Assembly (NCBI RefSeq): GCF_000023965.1
Contig: NC_013202.1
Span: forward strand, 1-32,000
Direction of reading: 5' to 3'
DNA length: 32,000 nt
Origin: Halomicrobium mukohataei DSM 12286
Lineage (GTDB): Archaea; Halobacteriota; Halobacteria; Halobacteriales; Haloarculaceae
Shown: positions 7,507 to 17,006 of the stretch, piece by piece
Position numbering within the stretch: the first letter of the stretch is position 1
How the letters are laid out: every line of letters begins with the position of its first letter
Made by a program: the position numbers and the translations under genes
Notes under the pieces: generated by a model
Database searches by the model: none
What the model was told of the DNA's origin: nothing
Seen by the model: only the letters and a program-made list of their open reading frames with translations

Positions 7507-7899
7507 CTATCGGAGGACTTCGTCGACGTGTTCGGCCCACTTCTCGACGGTCGGCTGGCCCCAGTAGTGGACCGATTCGCTCCGGCGGTCGAAGTCGAGC
7601 ACGCCCTTCTCGTCGAGTCGCGGGAGGTGGACCTCCACCAGGTCCGTCCGGACGGCAGACACCGATACGACATCGAGACAGTCACGACCCATGCCGCGCT
7701 GTGTGACCGCCGTGGCGAGGGCCTCGACCGTCGCCGACGACGCCTCGGTGTCGACGAAGTGCAGGACGACCGCGCGTCGACGCCAGTCTGCGAGCAGTTC
7801 GAACACGTCGTCGATCATCGGCACGGTGAGACCGCGATCGCGGGGCGTCATCCCACGCCACTCGTCGCCGTCGGGTTCGCCAGTGGGCTGGTTGGTCAT
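7507..7899 (-). CDS. Haloarchaeal winged-HTH protein (DUF7344/ArsR-like)
   Basis: Pattern VFELLADWRRRAVVLHF...LVEVHLPRLDEKGVLDFD...VHY is typical of this haloarchaeal HTH family. Confidence 0.7.
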   Translation of the reverse strand: MTNQPTGEPDGDEWRGMTPRDRGLTVPMIDDVFELLADWRRRAVVLHFVDTEASSATVEALATAVTQRGMGRDCLDVVSVSAVRTDLVEVHLPRLDEKGVLDFDRRSESVHYWGQPTVEKWAEHVDEVLR

Positions 7900-7939
7900 G
7901 GGTCAAGCACTCAGTTGTAACACTCCCGGGTGCCAATAA

Positions 7940-7959
7940 CTAGCCACCTAGGTGGCTAG
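7940..7959. repeat. Perfect 20-bp palindrome CTAGCCACCTAGGTGGCTAG
   Basis: Read directly. It lies 41-60 nt upstream of the HTH gene ATG at 7899, next to a TTATTGG TATA-like element, and 47 nt downstream of the Bat-like gene stop. Confidence 0.6.
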
Positions 7960-8005
7960 GCTATCGGTCGGCCAACAGGACCGCGCGTCGTCCGGTGGCG
8001 CGATA

Positions 8006-10351
8006 CTACCGATCGAGCACGCCAGCGAGGAGGTTCCGCTCTGCTCGGCGGAGGTGCTGGTGGAGTGTCGGCGAGGCGATGCCCAGCGAGTCCGCGAGCT
8101 CCTCGGCGGTCGTCTCGCGAGGCCAGTCGTAGTAGCCCGAGAGGTACGCGGCCCGGAGGACCTCTCGTTGGCGGTCGGTCAGCGGCGACAGCGGCGACCG
8201 TTCACCGTCGCTTTCGGGCTGGGTCCGCTTGCGCTTGGAGACGAGCGTCACGTCCGGGAACCACCGTTCGACGACGGTCTGGACCGATCGGAGGTCCGCG
8301 TCGCCGGTCGTCTCGACAACGAGGCGAGCCCCGCCGGGATCGATCTCGGTCTCGACGAGACGGGCACCCACCTCTGCGAGCTCCGTCCCCGGCGACGACG
8401 GTCCGTGGAGTTCGACGAGAGAGTCCCCGTCGGTCCGGGTCACCGCCGCGTCGTCGACGAGCTCGGACTCGCAGACCGTGTCGACCACCGTACTGGGGGC
8501 GGCTCCGTCGACCCGGAGGTACTGCACCACGCCGTCGCTGGTCTCGACGACGCCGGCCGTTTCGAGCGTACAGTCACAGCTTCGCGCGACCCGGACGAGA
8601 CAGGCGTCGTCGCTGTCGGAGCGAAACGCCAGCCTGAGCGGGGCCTCGTGCTGGAGCAGCCGCTTGTTCTGGATCGCCGTGAGAGCGAGCCCGATCGTCT
8701 CCCCGAGGACGGCGAAGCTACGTGCGATGCGCTCGCTGAACGCGTCCGGTTCGGTCGCGTACACGGCGAGGATGCCGTGGGTCGTCTCGCCGTGACAGAG
8801 CGGGGTGACGATCACCGCCTCGAAGCCAGCAGCCGGTGCTCGCTCTGGCCGGGGCGAGAACGCCGCCAGCGATCGCGTGTCCGAGACGACCTGTACCTCG
8901 CCGGTGCGGTAGGCACGAGCGACCGGAGCGGCATCCGCCCCGTCGTCGGCGCGGAGCTCGACATCGTCGAGGTGCTCGGTCCACGCACCGGCGCTGGTCA
9001 GCGGGACGATCACGTCGTCGCCACCGTGGCGCTCGCCGATCCAGGCCAGTCCGTAACGACCCGACTCGACCAGCCGATCACAGACGGTCTGCCGGAGTTC
9101 GATGGTGCTGGCAGCGGTGCCAAGCGCGCCGATGATGTCCTGTACCAGTACGTTCGTCCGGCTCAGCGTCGAGAGTTCGTCTCGCTGGGACTCGATCCGG
9201 CGGGTCCGCTCGCGGCGTTCGGTCACGTCGCGCGCGACTCCCATCAGACCGCCGTAACTGTCCCCGCCGGTCGACAGGAGCGTGTAGTGGATCGACAGCT
9301 CGCGATCCTCGCCGTCGCGGGTCCGGAAGGTCATGTCGACTTCCGCGCCGTCGGTGTCGGGGTCGTCGAGCAGCGCCTGGACGGTGCGCTGGCCGGCCAC
9401 CAGTTCGCCGGGAGCGAGCATCTCGGACGCGTGCATCCCGATCAGCTCTCCGCGTTCGTAGCCCAGCATCGCCGCGAACGACTCGTTACAGAAGTCGACG
9501 ACGCCGTTGTGATCGAGCGTGTACAGGCCGTCGCGCGCCTGTTCGACCAGCAACGCGAGCAGTCGCCGCCGCGTCTCGCGACGGACGCGGTCCGTGATGT
9601 CCTCGAACTGCTCGATCGTGATTCCGTCTCCCACACTCTCGAGGCGATGTCGCTGGTGGACGTAGTAGCGGGTGCCAGTGGGGGTGGCAACGACCACCGA
9701 GTGGTTCTCGACCGGCCCATCCCGAGGGCCGATGTCGCGGCGGCCACCGTCGTCGGGCTCCGCCGAGACGATCGCGTCCAGTCGCGCGTAGAAGTCCTCC
9801 GTCTCCGGGATCGAGCGCTCGATCCGATCGACGGGAAAGAGCGCTTCGAAGCTGTGGTTCGACCAGCGCACGCGGCCCTCGTCGTCGACGGCGAACAGTG
9901 CGCTGCCTTCGGTCACCTCCCGACAGATCGTCGAGAGAGCACTCCCACGCGCGTCTTCGAAGGCGTCGGGGAACTGTCCGACGAGCGTCTCGATCTTCTC
10001 TGCGAGGAGAGACGCCGCGTCCGCGGTCTCGCGTTCGACGATCGTCTCGACTCGGCGTGTCGTCTCCGCTGGGATCGTCGCCGGGTCCGCGCTCGCGTAC
10101 AGCACCGACGGACAGTCGACGGCATCGAGGAGCGCGCTGCGTCGGTCCGCCTCGATACCGTCGGTCACGACGAGCCCGTCCCACGATTCGGACTCGGCGG
10201 CCGTGACCGCCTCGACGCCGGTCTCGTGGTGTAGGCGACAGTCGGCGAGGCGAGCGGCGAGCCGGTCGGCGACGCTGTCGGTCGGCGTGTCGACGTAGAG
10301 CACTCGCTTTCCGTCGCTCGTCTCCGATCCGGACCCGGTTTCGCCGGTCAT
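8006..10351 (-). CDS. Bat-type transcriptional regulator (receiver-like N-terminus, PAS, GAF, C-terminal HTH_10)
   Basis: The C-terminal sequence LTDRQREVLRAAYLSGYYDWPRETTAEELADSLGIASPTLHQHLRRAERNLL is the bacterio-opsin-activator HTH. The PAS-like segment contains ERTRRIESQRDELSTL. The start is ambiguous (ATG 10351 or GTG 10360). Confidence 0.85.
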   Translation of the reverse strand: MTGETGSGSETSDGKRVLYVDTPTDSVADRLAARLADCRLHHETGVEAVTAAESESWDGLVVTDGIEADRRSALLDAVDCPSVLYASADPATIPAETTRRVETIVERETADAASLLAEKIETLVGQFPDAFEDARGSALSTICREVTEGSALFAVDDEGRVRWSNHSFEALFPVDRIERSIPETEDFYARLDAIVSAEPDDGGRRDIGPRDGPVENHSVVVATPTGTRYYVHQRHRLESVGDGITIEQFEDITDRVRRETRRRLLALLVEQARDGLYTLDHNGVVDFCNESFAAMLGYERGELIGMHASEMLAPGELVAGQRTVQALLDDPDTDGAEVDMTFRTRDGEDRELSIHYTLLSTGGDSYGGLMGVARDVTERRERTRRIESQRDELSTLSRTNVLVQDIIGALGTAASTIELRQTVCDRLVESGRYGLAWIGERHGGDDVIVPLTSAGAWTEHLDDVELRADDGADAAPVARAYRTGEVQVVSDTRSLAAFSPRPERAPAAGFEAVIVTPLCHGETTHGILAVYATEPDAFSERIARSFAVLGETIGLALTAIQNKRLLQHEAPLRLAFRSDSDDACLVRVARSCDCTLETAGVVETSDGVVQYLRVDGAAPSTVVDTVCESELVDDAAVTRTDGDSLVELHGPSSPGTELAEVGARLVETEIDPGGARLVVETTGDADLRSVQTVVERWFPDVTLVSKRKRTQPESDGERSPLSPLTDRQREVLRAAYLSGYYDWPRETTAEELADSLGIASPTLHQHLRRAERNLLAGVLDR

Positions 10352-10472
10352 AGTACCCACCCCGCTGTGATTATCTCAGTGAACACCTCCTTCTGTGTAC
10401 ACATAACTATTTCCACAAACGATCGACTGGCGAAGGCAACGGGCGGAGCGACACTCGCGGAGTCTGGCGGCG

Positions 10473-10718
10473 CTACGGGACGGTGCCGGCGGTCCGTTCG
10501 GCGACGGCGACGAGGGTCGCCCAGGTGTTACAGCCGGCACGGAGCGCCACGAGATCGGCAGCGGTGATCTCGACGACGACTGTCGCCCCGTCTCGACGGA
10601 GCGTGGCGGTCGTCCGCTCCCCGCCGATCTCGCCGATCTCCGGGCGGACGCTGCGTGCGACGCGGCGTGCCTGCTGGTCGTCGTCGTACTCGAAAGAGAG
10701 AACGGCTTCGTGATCCAC
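10473..10718 (-). CDS. pcc1: KEOPS subunit Pcc1-like protein
   Basis: 81-aa protein (…TATLRRDGATVVVEITAADLVALRAGCNTWATLVAV…) with Pcc1-like alternating beta/helix signatures. It lies immediately downstream of rpoP, as in the archaeal exosome superoperon. GTG start. Confidence 0.6.
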   Translation of the reverse strand: MDHEAVLSFEYDDDQQARRVARSVRPEIGEIGGERTTATLRRDGATVVVEITAADLVALRAGCNTWATLVAVAERTAGTVP

Positions 10719-10719
10719 G

Positions 10720-10854
10720 CTACTTGACGTCGACTTCCTTGACGTCGCGCGACCGCTCTTTCAGCAGCACCCGGTGACCGCAGTACGGACAGCGAACGCC
10801 GCCGTACTCGTCGAGCGTCACGTCACGCTTACAGCGGGAACACTTGTAGCTCAT
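10720..10854 (-). CDS. rpoP: DNA-directed RNA polymerase subunit P (Rpo12)
   Basis: Not in the ORF track (44 aa). My manual translation is [44 protein letters not shown], with a CxxC...CxxC zinc ribbon. Its ATG overlaps the rpl37ae TAA (TAATG). Confidence 0.85.
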   Translation of the reverse strand: MSYKCSRCKRDVTLDEYGGVRCPYCGHRVLLKERSRDVKEVDVK

Positions 10855-11135
10855 TACTCGTCCTCGTCTTCGGCGAGCGCAGCGCGGATCGAACGGGTGA
10901 CGGTCTTCCCACCGGGGGTCTCCGGACGGTACGTGCCGCCAGTGTACTTGTATCCACAGTAGCTACACTCCCAGATGCCGGTCCCCTTGCGGTCGACGCG
11001 GTCTTTGCCACATTCGGGACAGGCGTGGTCGTCTCGCATGTCGTCCTCGATCTCGGCGACGCGGCGGCGGGCGACCCGGCCGTACCGTGCGCCGAAGCGA
11101 CCGGCACTTCCGGTTCGTCCCTTGTCTTTGGCCAT
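10854..11135 (-). CDS. rpl37ae: Ribosomal protein L37Ae (eL43)
   Basis: [26 protein letters not shown]...CPECG...[15 protein letters not shown]. Internal ATG at 11135. Confidence 0.9.
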   Translation of the reverse strand: MAKDKGRTGSAGRFGARYGRVARRRVAEIEDDMRDDHACPECGKDRVDRKGTGIWECSYCGYKYTGGTYRPETPGGKTVTRSIRAALAEDEDE

Positions 11136-11162
11136 AGTATCGTACTGTCGGCCCAGGACTTT

Positions 11163-11168
11163 CATAAA
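11163..11168 (-). promoter_or_regulatory. TATA box (TTTATG on the minus strand) about 28 nt upstream of the rpl37ae ATG
   Basis: AT-rich hexamer at the canonical distance. Confidence 0.4.
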
Positions 11169-11267
11169 CCTGTTGAGTTTGGACCGACCGCGGGACCCGG
11201 ACTCCCCACTGGCCACCGCCCCGATCCGATCGAGTCGTCGGCCGACGCCGCGTTCGACACGCCACGC

Positions 11268-11277
11268 TTATTTATTA
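11268..11277 (+). promoter_or_regulatory. Strong TATA-like element TTATTTATTA
   Basis: The most AT-rich decamer of this intergenic region. It lies about 29 nt upstream of the ATG at 11306 (uORF) and 76 nt upstream of the transporter GTG. Confidence 0.45.
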
Positions 11278-11305
11278 GACCCGTCTAATACTACCCGACT
11301 GACTC

Positions 11306-11356
11306 ATGTTCGTCCACGCGGAGCTACCGAACGTCAACCGCGAGGTGAGAGCGTGA
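11306..11356 (+). CDS. Candidate 16-codon upstream ORF (MFVHAELPNVNREVRA) whose stop overlaps the start of the UPF0016 gene
   Basis: The ATG is correctly spaced from the TATA element. 14 of 16 codons end in G/C. Its TGA (11354-11356) overlaps the GTG at 11353 (GTGA). Short ORFs like this also arise by chance. Confidence 0.25.
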   Translation: MFVHAELPNVNREVRA

Positions 11357-12099
11357 CCGGATTCGTCGAGATCGTCGCGGTCGCGATGATCGCGCAGTTG
11401 AGCGTGTTGCCCGGTGAGAAAGTCCAGTTCATCATCGCCGGCCTCTCGACGAAGTACAATCCACTGGTCGTCGTCGCGGCGGCCGGGAGTGCCTTCGCGG
11501 GCTGGACGGCCCTGGAGATCGCCTTCGGAGCGGCCATCCAGGCAGCGCTGCCGGGCGTCTACCTCGATGCCTTCACCGCCGGAATGTTCCTCCTGTTTGC
11601 CGTCCTGCTCTACCGGTCCGCCCCGACGACGGGAGCCCAGCCGGAGCCGGCGGCGATCGCCGACGGTGACGGGGCTGGGGCCGACCACCGTACCGACGGC
11701 GGGACCGCGACCGTCGACCTGCCCGAGGTTGTCACGCTCGCGGGCCGTGAGTTCACCGTCCCCGACCGTTTCGGGAGTTTCCTCCCCATCTTCCTCCTGA
11801 TGGCGGCCGGCGAGTTCGGCGACAAGACCCAGCTAATCACGATCACGCTCGCGGCCGAGTACGGTGCGACGGCGGCGATCTGGGCCGGCGAGATGCTGGC
11901 GATCGTCCCGGTGAGCCTGCTGAACGCCTACTTCTTCTACACCTTCTCGCACCGGTTCGACCTGCGGAAGGCCCACCTCTTCGGAGCGATCCTGTTCGGC
12001 TTCTTCGGGCTGGATACGGTGCTTTCGATCCTGACCGGATTCTCGATCTGGGAGACGATCGTCGACGCGCTCACGACGGCGCTGCTGGCCGTCGTCTAG
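11353..12099 (+). CDS. UPF0016 (GDT1/TMEM165) family cation transporter
   Basis: Two copies of the family motif in transmembrane helices (PGEKVQF and GEFGDKTQL), separated by a Gly/Asp/Ala-rich loop. The GTG at 11353 is preceded by the Shine-Dalgarno-like GAGGTGA. Confidence 0.8.
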   Translation: MTGFVEIVAVAMIAQLSVLPGEKVQFIIAGLSTKYNPLVVVAAAGSAFAGWTALEIAFGAAIQAALPGVYLDAFTAGMFLLFAVLLYRSAPTTGAQPEPAAIADGDGAGADHRTDGGTATVDLPEVVTLAGREFTVPDRFGSFLPIFLLMAAGEFGDKTQLITITLAAEYGATAAIWAGEMLAIVPVSLLNAYFFYTFSHRFDLRKAHLFGAILFGFFGLDTVLSILTGFSIWETIVDALTTALLAVV

Positions 12100-12818
12100 T
12101 CCTGGAGGTCCGCCTCGGCCAGCGCGTCGTTGAGGTCTGCCCGGACGCGTTCGCCGAGTTCTCGGTCGCCGGCCGTCGTCACGATACGGTTCTCCTGAAC
12201 GCTGGAGCCGTCCCGAATCAACAGTCTGACGTTGCCGTGTTCGTCCGCTCGGGTCGCCTTGGCGCGCACGCCGGTCCGCGATCCCGACCCACCGGCGTCG
12301 ATCGGCCCCGGAATCACCTTCTTGACGTGAGGGTGGGCGGCGACCGTCTGGATGGCTCGCTTGCCGGCCCGGCCACCGACGAGCGTCGAGTGTGAGCCGC
12401 CGAGTTTCTCCTCCGGGGCGGCGTCGACGACCTCCAGTGCCGGCTCGCCGCGTCGCTCCAGGACGTGTTCGACCGGCTGATCGCCGTCGACGCGATAGAA
12501 CGGGTAGTGGAGCTGACTGCGGACGGCCCCCACCACGTCGCGATCGCCGGTGACGTACACCTCTTCGGGCCGCTTACGGCGTACGTCGTCGGCGACGAGT
12601 CCCGCGAAGTTGCGCAGTTCGACGACGCCGGTCTCGCCGCCCGCTTCCGGCGTCGTCGTGATCGTCCGTGCGGCCACGACCGTCTCGTCGGCGAGTGCGG
12701 TGACCGTCGCCCGCTCGCGGTCGAGTTCGAGGACGACCACGTCCGTGTTCGCCGACCGACAGACAAGGCAGTAATCGCCCGGTCGGTCGAGTTCGGAGCC
12801 ACACTGCCGACACGACAT
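12096..12818 (-). CDS. Conserved archaeal zinc-ribbon protein (DUF2103-like)
   Basis: N-terminal CRQCG...CLVCR zinc ribbon. ATG at 12818. The family name is from memory. Its stop overlaps the convergent transporter gene stop within CTAG. Confidence 0.65.
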   Translation of the reverse strand: MSCRQCGSELDRPGDYCLVCRSANTDVVVLELDRERATVTALADETVVAARTITTTPEAGGETGVVELRNFAGLVADDVRRKRPEEVYVTGDRDVVGAVRSQLHYPFYRVDGDQPVEHVLERRGEPALEVVDAAPEEKLGGSHSTLVGGRAGKRAIQTVAAHPHVKKVIPGPIDAGGSGSRTGVRAKATRADEHGNVRLLIRDGSSVQENRIVTTAGDRELGERVRADLNDALAEADLQD

Positions 12819-12889
12819 ACAAGCGTTTCGGGGATACGAACGCAAAAGCGAGGCGGTTCGACCGGGCGACCCGAGCGGTGCTAGGCCCG

Positions 12890-14239
12890 TTACAACTGGG
12901 CCGGATCGCGCTTCAGGTACTCACGGAGCAGGACCGTCGCGTAGCTGCCTTTCGGCAGCGAGAACGCGAACTCGACCGCGTCCCCGTCGCGTCGCCGGAC
13001 GTCGATCTGGCTCCGGACCTGAACCGCACGCCGGGTTCCCGACGAGTCGAACTCACCGGGGAGCGCGAAGTCGGTCGGTTCGAGTTCGGCGTCGGCGAGC
13101 ACCGCGCGTTCGATCTCGCCGGGTTCGCCCTCTGCCAGCTCCGTCTCGGTCCCGACGAGGGGAGCAGTGACGAACGCCCGGCCCCGCTCGCAGTGTCGCT
13201 CGACGGTGTCGACGCGCCCGGCAGTGACCCGCTGTGTGCGGTCGGTGTCGGGGAGCGGGAGGCCGTCTGGCGCGTCGCTATCGGCGAAACAGACCACGTC
13301 GCCAGCGACGGGGCGGTCGAAGGGAAGCCCGCGGTCGAGGCGTTCCGAGAGGACGCGGTTGAACAGGTACGACTGGGCGGCGTTGACGAAGAGCGTCTGG
13401 AGGTTCGTCGGCAGCGTCTCCAGCGCGCTCCGGAACGCCGCTGGGGAGGCGTCGTCGGCGTCGGCCAGACTGTGACAGAGCGCCCGCTCGTACCCCAGCG
13501 CTCGCGGGAACCGCTCCAGTGCCCCCTCCCAGTCGTGGGTCTCTTCGACGTAGGCCCGTGCCGCCTGTGTCGCCTCGGGCTCGCGCTCGTTTGGGTTCCC
13601 GAGGTAGGCCATCACCGCGCCCTCCCAGTCGTTCCGGACGATCGCCAGCCCGACCTCGTGGGTGATCGGGCGCTTGCTGCCGAAGCGTTGCTGACCGAAG
13701 TAGTTCGGCACCGCGACCGTCGGCTCGTCGGCGGCGTCGGCGCTGCCGGCGAACTCGCGCAGTTGCTCGGTGATCCCGTCGACGCCGTCGGGGCGGTCCA
13801 CCTCCCGGACGATGATCTCGAAGGCGTTGCCGGCGAGGTCGCCGAACAGCACCGGTCGTCCCGCCCGCCCGACGACGTCGATCTCCGCGCCGTCGATCTC
13901 GGGCACGTCGGCCGCGTCCGCGTCGGCGATCGAGAACAGCTGGGTCGTCACGGCCCGCTTGTCTTTCGTCCCCGCCCACGAGACGCGCTCCCGAGAGATG
14001 CCGAGACGATCCGACAGCGCCGACGCGAAGTCGTTCGTGTCCCAGTTGTGCAGCGTCGCGCGCACGACGAGGTGAGCGTACGCGCCGCTGTCGGCGTCGG
14101 CGGGTTCGGCCTCGAACGCCTCCAGTTCCCGGACCGCGAAGTCCTCGGGCGAGGCACGGAGTCGGCCACCGATGCCGTCGCCGTCGCTGACGTAGTAGCG
14201 CATTCCGACGGCCTGCTCGATCGGCTGGGCTGGGCGCAT
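12890..14239 (-). CDS. truD: tRNA pseudouridine synthase TruD/Pus7 family
   Basis: [40 protein letters not shown] and NYFGQQRFG are TruD signatures. I prefer the ATG at 14239 to the one at 14269. Confidence 0.85.
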   Translation of the reverse strand: MRPAQPIEQAVGMRYYVSDGDGIGGRLRASPEDFAVRELEAFEAEPADADSGAYAHLVVRATLHNWDTNDFASALSDRLGISRERVSWAGTKDKRAVTTQLFSIADADAADVPEIDGAEIDVVGRAGRPVLFGDLAGNAFEIIVREVDRPDGVDGITEQLREFAGSADAADEPTVAVPNYFGQQRFGSKRPITHEVGLAIVRNDWEGAVMAYLGNPNEREPEATQAARAYVEETHDWEGALERFPRALGYERALCHSLADADDASPAAFRSALETLPTNLQTLFVNAAQSYLFNRVLSERLDRGLPFDRPVAGDVVCFADSDAPDGLPLPDTDRTQRVTAGRVDTVERHCERGRAFVTAPLVGTETELAEGEPGEIERAVLADAELEPTDFALPGEFDSSGTRRAVQVRSQIDVRRRDGDAVEFAFSLPKGSYATVLLREYLKRDPAQL

Positions 14240-14353
14240 GGTCTGCTGGGCTCTCGCCGCGGCGCGCACATAGGGCTAGCGGTGCGACTCCGGAGAGAGC
14301 GAGACGCGGATCTCACAGTGCAACGGACGACGAACAAAAGGGAGACGAATCGT

Positions 14354-15067
14354 CTACCGCGCGCCTTCGAAGTCGTCGTAGCCGGTGATGTCGACCCCGT
14401 CGCCGGTGACGGTGGCGACGTAGACGCCGTTGCCCGAGCCGGTGTCGCGCTCGGTCGCCGCGTACACGGCCTCGACGGCCAGTTCCTCTGCCTCCTCCAT
14501 CGAGAGGTCGTCGTGGTAGCGGTCTTCGAGCTTCCCGTGGGCGACCTGCATCCCGCTGCCGGTGACGGTGTAGTCGTCTTCCATGACCCCGCCCGCCGGG
14601 TCGATGCTGTAGACGTGGCTACCCTCCTCGTCGACGCCCCCGAGGATGGGGTTGATCGCGAAGAAGGGACCACCGCGGGCGAAGTTACCCGCCAGCGTCG
14701 CCAGTGCGGAGATGCTCATCGGCTCGCCGCGGCGGACCTCGTAGAGATCGGACTCAGAGCGCAGCGTCCGAATGAACGACTGCGCGCCGCCGACGCTGCC
14801 CACGAGGGTGAGCGCGGCCGACGGGTGGATCTGCTCGACCTTCTGGACCGACTTGTTCGAGACGAAGCGACCGCCAAGCGAGGCTCGCATGTCCGTCGCG
14901 ATGACGACGCCGCCGTCGGTCGTGATGCCGATGGTCGTCGTGCCGGTCTTCGCGACGGCGTCGCCGTCGCCGGCGTCGGCGTCCATGTCGTCGAACGATG
15001 CGAGTTCCGGTTCGTAGGGGTTCGCGTCGAGGTTCTTCATACCAGGGAGGTCGGGGAACTTACTCAT
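14354..15067 (-). CDS. psmB: Proteasome beta subunit with propeptide
   Basis: KTGTTTIGITTDGGVVIATDMRAS carries the catalytic Thr after the propeptide. The start is ambiguous (15067, 15073 or 15076) and overlaps the psmA stop. Confidence 0.9.
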   Translation of the reverse strand: MSKFPDLPGMKNLDANPYEPELASFDDMDADAGDGDAVAKTGTTTIGITTDGGVVIATDMRASLGGRFVSNKSVQKVEQIHPSAALTLVGSVGGAQSFIRTLRSESDLYEVRRGEPMSISALATLAGNFARGGPFFAINPILGGVDEEGSHVYSIDPAGGVMEDDYTVTGSGMQVAHGKLEDRYHDDLSMEEAEELAVEAVYAATERDTGSGNGVYVATVTGDGVDITGYDDFEGAR

Positions 15068-15803
15068 CGTCATCACCTTCGAGTTCCAGCTCGGTAACTC
15101 GTTCGGCGATCTCGTCCTCCGAGAGCGCCGTGAACTGCTCGGACTCGACGTCGATCGTGGCTACGTCGACGCCCGTCGCGTCGAGGCCGTCGTCGCTGAC
15201 CGATCCCAGCGCTCGCAGCGCCAGCGAGAGTCCGGCTTCGAGGTCCATGCCCTCGTCGTACTCCTCTTCGAGGAACGTCTGGATCTCGTCGCGGTCGCCG
15301 CCGATCGCGACGGCCTGCCACTCGTAGGGGGTCCCCGACGGGTCGGTCTCGAAGAGGCGCGGTTCGCCGTCCTCGATACCGCCGACCAGCAGCGCGACGC
15401 CGAACGGGCGTGCGCCGCCGGTCTGGGTGTACTGCTGGATGTAGTCGGTGACTTCCTTGGTGAGCGATTCGACGCCGATCTCCTCGCCGTAGCGCAGGTG
15501 GTTGACCTGGGCCTGTCGACGCGCCAGGTCGATCAGCTGGCGGGCGTCGGCGACGTGGCCCGCGCTGGCGATGCCGACGTGGTCGTCGGCCTTGTGGATC
15601 TTCTCGATGCTGTCACGTTCCAGCAGCGGGGAACGGGCGTGTCGGTCGGCGGCCAGCACGACGCCGTCTGCCGTGCGGACCCCGACACTCGCCGTGCCGC
15701 GCTTGACTGCTTCGCGTGCGTACTCGACCTGGTAGAGGCGTCCGTCCGGGGAGAAGATAGTGATCCCTCGGTCGTACGCCTGCTGTTGATTTTGTCCTTG
15801 CAT
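15060..15803 (-). CDS. psmA: Proteasome alpha subunit
   Basis: [36 protein letters not shown] is the canonical alpha-subunit N-terminus. Confidence 0.95.
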   Translation of the reverse strand: MQGQNQQQAYDRGITIFSPDGRLYQVEYAREAVKRGTASVGVRTADGVVLAADRHARSPLLERDSIEKIHKADDHVGIASAGHVADARQLIDLARRQAQVNHLRYGEEIGVESLTKEVTDYIQQYTQTGGARPFGVALLVGGIEDGEPRLFETDPSGTPYEWQAVAIGGDRDEIQTFLEEEYDEGMDLEAGLSLALRALGSVSDDGLDATGVDVATIDVESEQFTALSEDEIAERVTELELEGDDDE

Positions 15804-15892
15804 TGGCTTCGTTCACCTTGGGTAAGGGGCTGCCAGCTATAACCCTTGTGTCACAGACGGCTATTGCCGACAGCGGTGTCGCTCGCTTGGAG

Positions 15893-16231
15893 TCAGTACA
15901 GGGAGAGGTCACCCGTGACCGCGTCGATCCGGTCGTCGGCCGCCGGCCCGACGGCCAGCGCCGTGACGGTGCCCGGATCGAGTTGCGTGTGACCGGCGTC
16001 CCTGACGATCGCATTCGGCAGGCCCTTCCGCTCGGCGTCGTCGGCCAGGCGGAACAGCGCATCCTCGCCCGCGGCCGCGAGGACGACCTTCTTCTGACCC
16101 TGCCCTTTCCACTCGGACGTGGCCTGTCGATCGGCGTCCTCGTAGGCCATGAGCGAGGCGTGGGCGACCTGGGCCGCCAGCTTGCCTTCACCCATCCCGA
16201 CGTCGGTCCGGGCGACGATGGCCTGCTTCAT
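15893..16231 (-). CDS. pth2: Peptidyl-tRNA hydrolase, archaeal type (Pth2)
   Basis: [27 protein letters not shown]...[22 protein letters not shown]. Internal ATG at 16231. Confidence 0.9.
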   Translation of the reverse strand: MKQAIVARTDVGMGEGKLAAQVAHASLMAYEDADRQATSEWKGQGQKKVVLAAAGEDALFRLADDAERKGLPNAIVRDAGHTQLDPGTVTALAVGPAADDRIDAVTGDLSLY

Positions 16232-16349
16232 GCCAGTGGGGTGGACCCGGGCAGGTATATGTCTGGTCCCCGCTACGCTTTTCGCCGCCATCTCCACCTG
16301 AAACTACTCCACGCGAGCCGAGAGAGCCCCACGAGCACGGAACGGAACG

Positions 16350-16356
16350 TTTTCAC
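16350..16356 (+). promoter_or_regulatory. TATA-like box TTTTCAC 23 nt upstream of the dcd ATG
   Basis: Same motif and spacing as the other promoters in this window. Confidence 0.4.
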
Positions 16357-16378
16357 CACCGCGCTCGCGAGTACGCGT

Positions 16379-16969
16379 ATGATCCTCTCGGATACGGACA
16401 TCCTGCGACGGCTCGAAGCCGGCGATCTGGTGATCGAGCCACTCGACGACATCGACCTGCAGGTCCAGCCGGCCAGCGTCGACCTCCGGCTGGGCCGGGA
16501 GTTCCTGGAGTTCCAGCACGCCAACATCCCCTGCATCCACCCCGACAGCGAGCAGGAGACCGAGGAGTACACCGAACGCGTCACCGTCGACGGGGACGAC
16601 GAGTACATCCTCCACCCCGGCGACTTCGTGCTCGGGACGACCCGCGAGCGCGTCGAGATCCCGGCCGACCTGCTCGCCCACGTCGAGGGGCGGTCGTCGC
16701 TGGGTCGGCTAGCGATCGTGGTGCACGCGACCGCCGGCCTGTGCGATCCGGGGTACCAGGGCCAGATCACCCTCGAACTGTCGAACCTGGGGACCGCGCC
16801 CGTCGCGCTGTCGCCGGGTATGCGGATCTCCCAGCTGACCTTCACCGAGCTAAAGACCGAGGCCGAACGCCCCTACGGCGAGGAACGCGGCTCGAAGTAT
16901 CAGGGACAGGAAGGACCGCAGGCGTCGAAGATCGAGAGCGACCACGAATTCGGAGGCGACCAGAAGTGA
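16379..16969 (+). CDS. dcd: dCTP deaminase
   Basis: [21 protein letters not shown]...[10 protein letters not shown]...[12 protein letters not shown]. Internal ATG at 16379 within the long listed ORF. Confidence 0.9.
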   Translation: MILSDTDILRRLEAGDLVIEPLDDIDLQVQPASVDLRLGREFLEFQHANIPCIHPDSEQETEEYTERVTVDGDDEYILHPGDFVLGTTRERVEIPADLLAHVEGRSSLGRLAIVVHATAGLCDPGYQGQITLELSNLGTAPVALSPGMRISQLTFTELKTEAERPYGEERGSKYQGQEGPQASKIESDHEFGGDQK

Positions 16970-17006
16970 ACCGGACACCCGCACAGAGCAGGGGAGGGCG
17001 GTCGCC

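Noticed and set aside
7952-10234. 760-aa ORF on the plus strand.
   Set aside because: It is entirely antisense to the Bat-like regulator gene, which has clear PAS/GAF/HTH_10 motifs. Its product is Arg/Gly/Val/Asp-rich with no motifs, a typical GC shadow ORF.
12878-15097. 739-aa ORF on the plus strand.
   Set aside because: It is antisense to truD and psmB, both of which have unambiguous family motifs. Its composition is of the shadow type.
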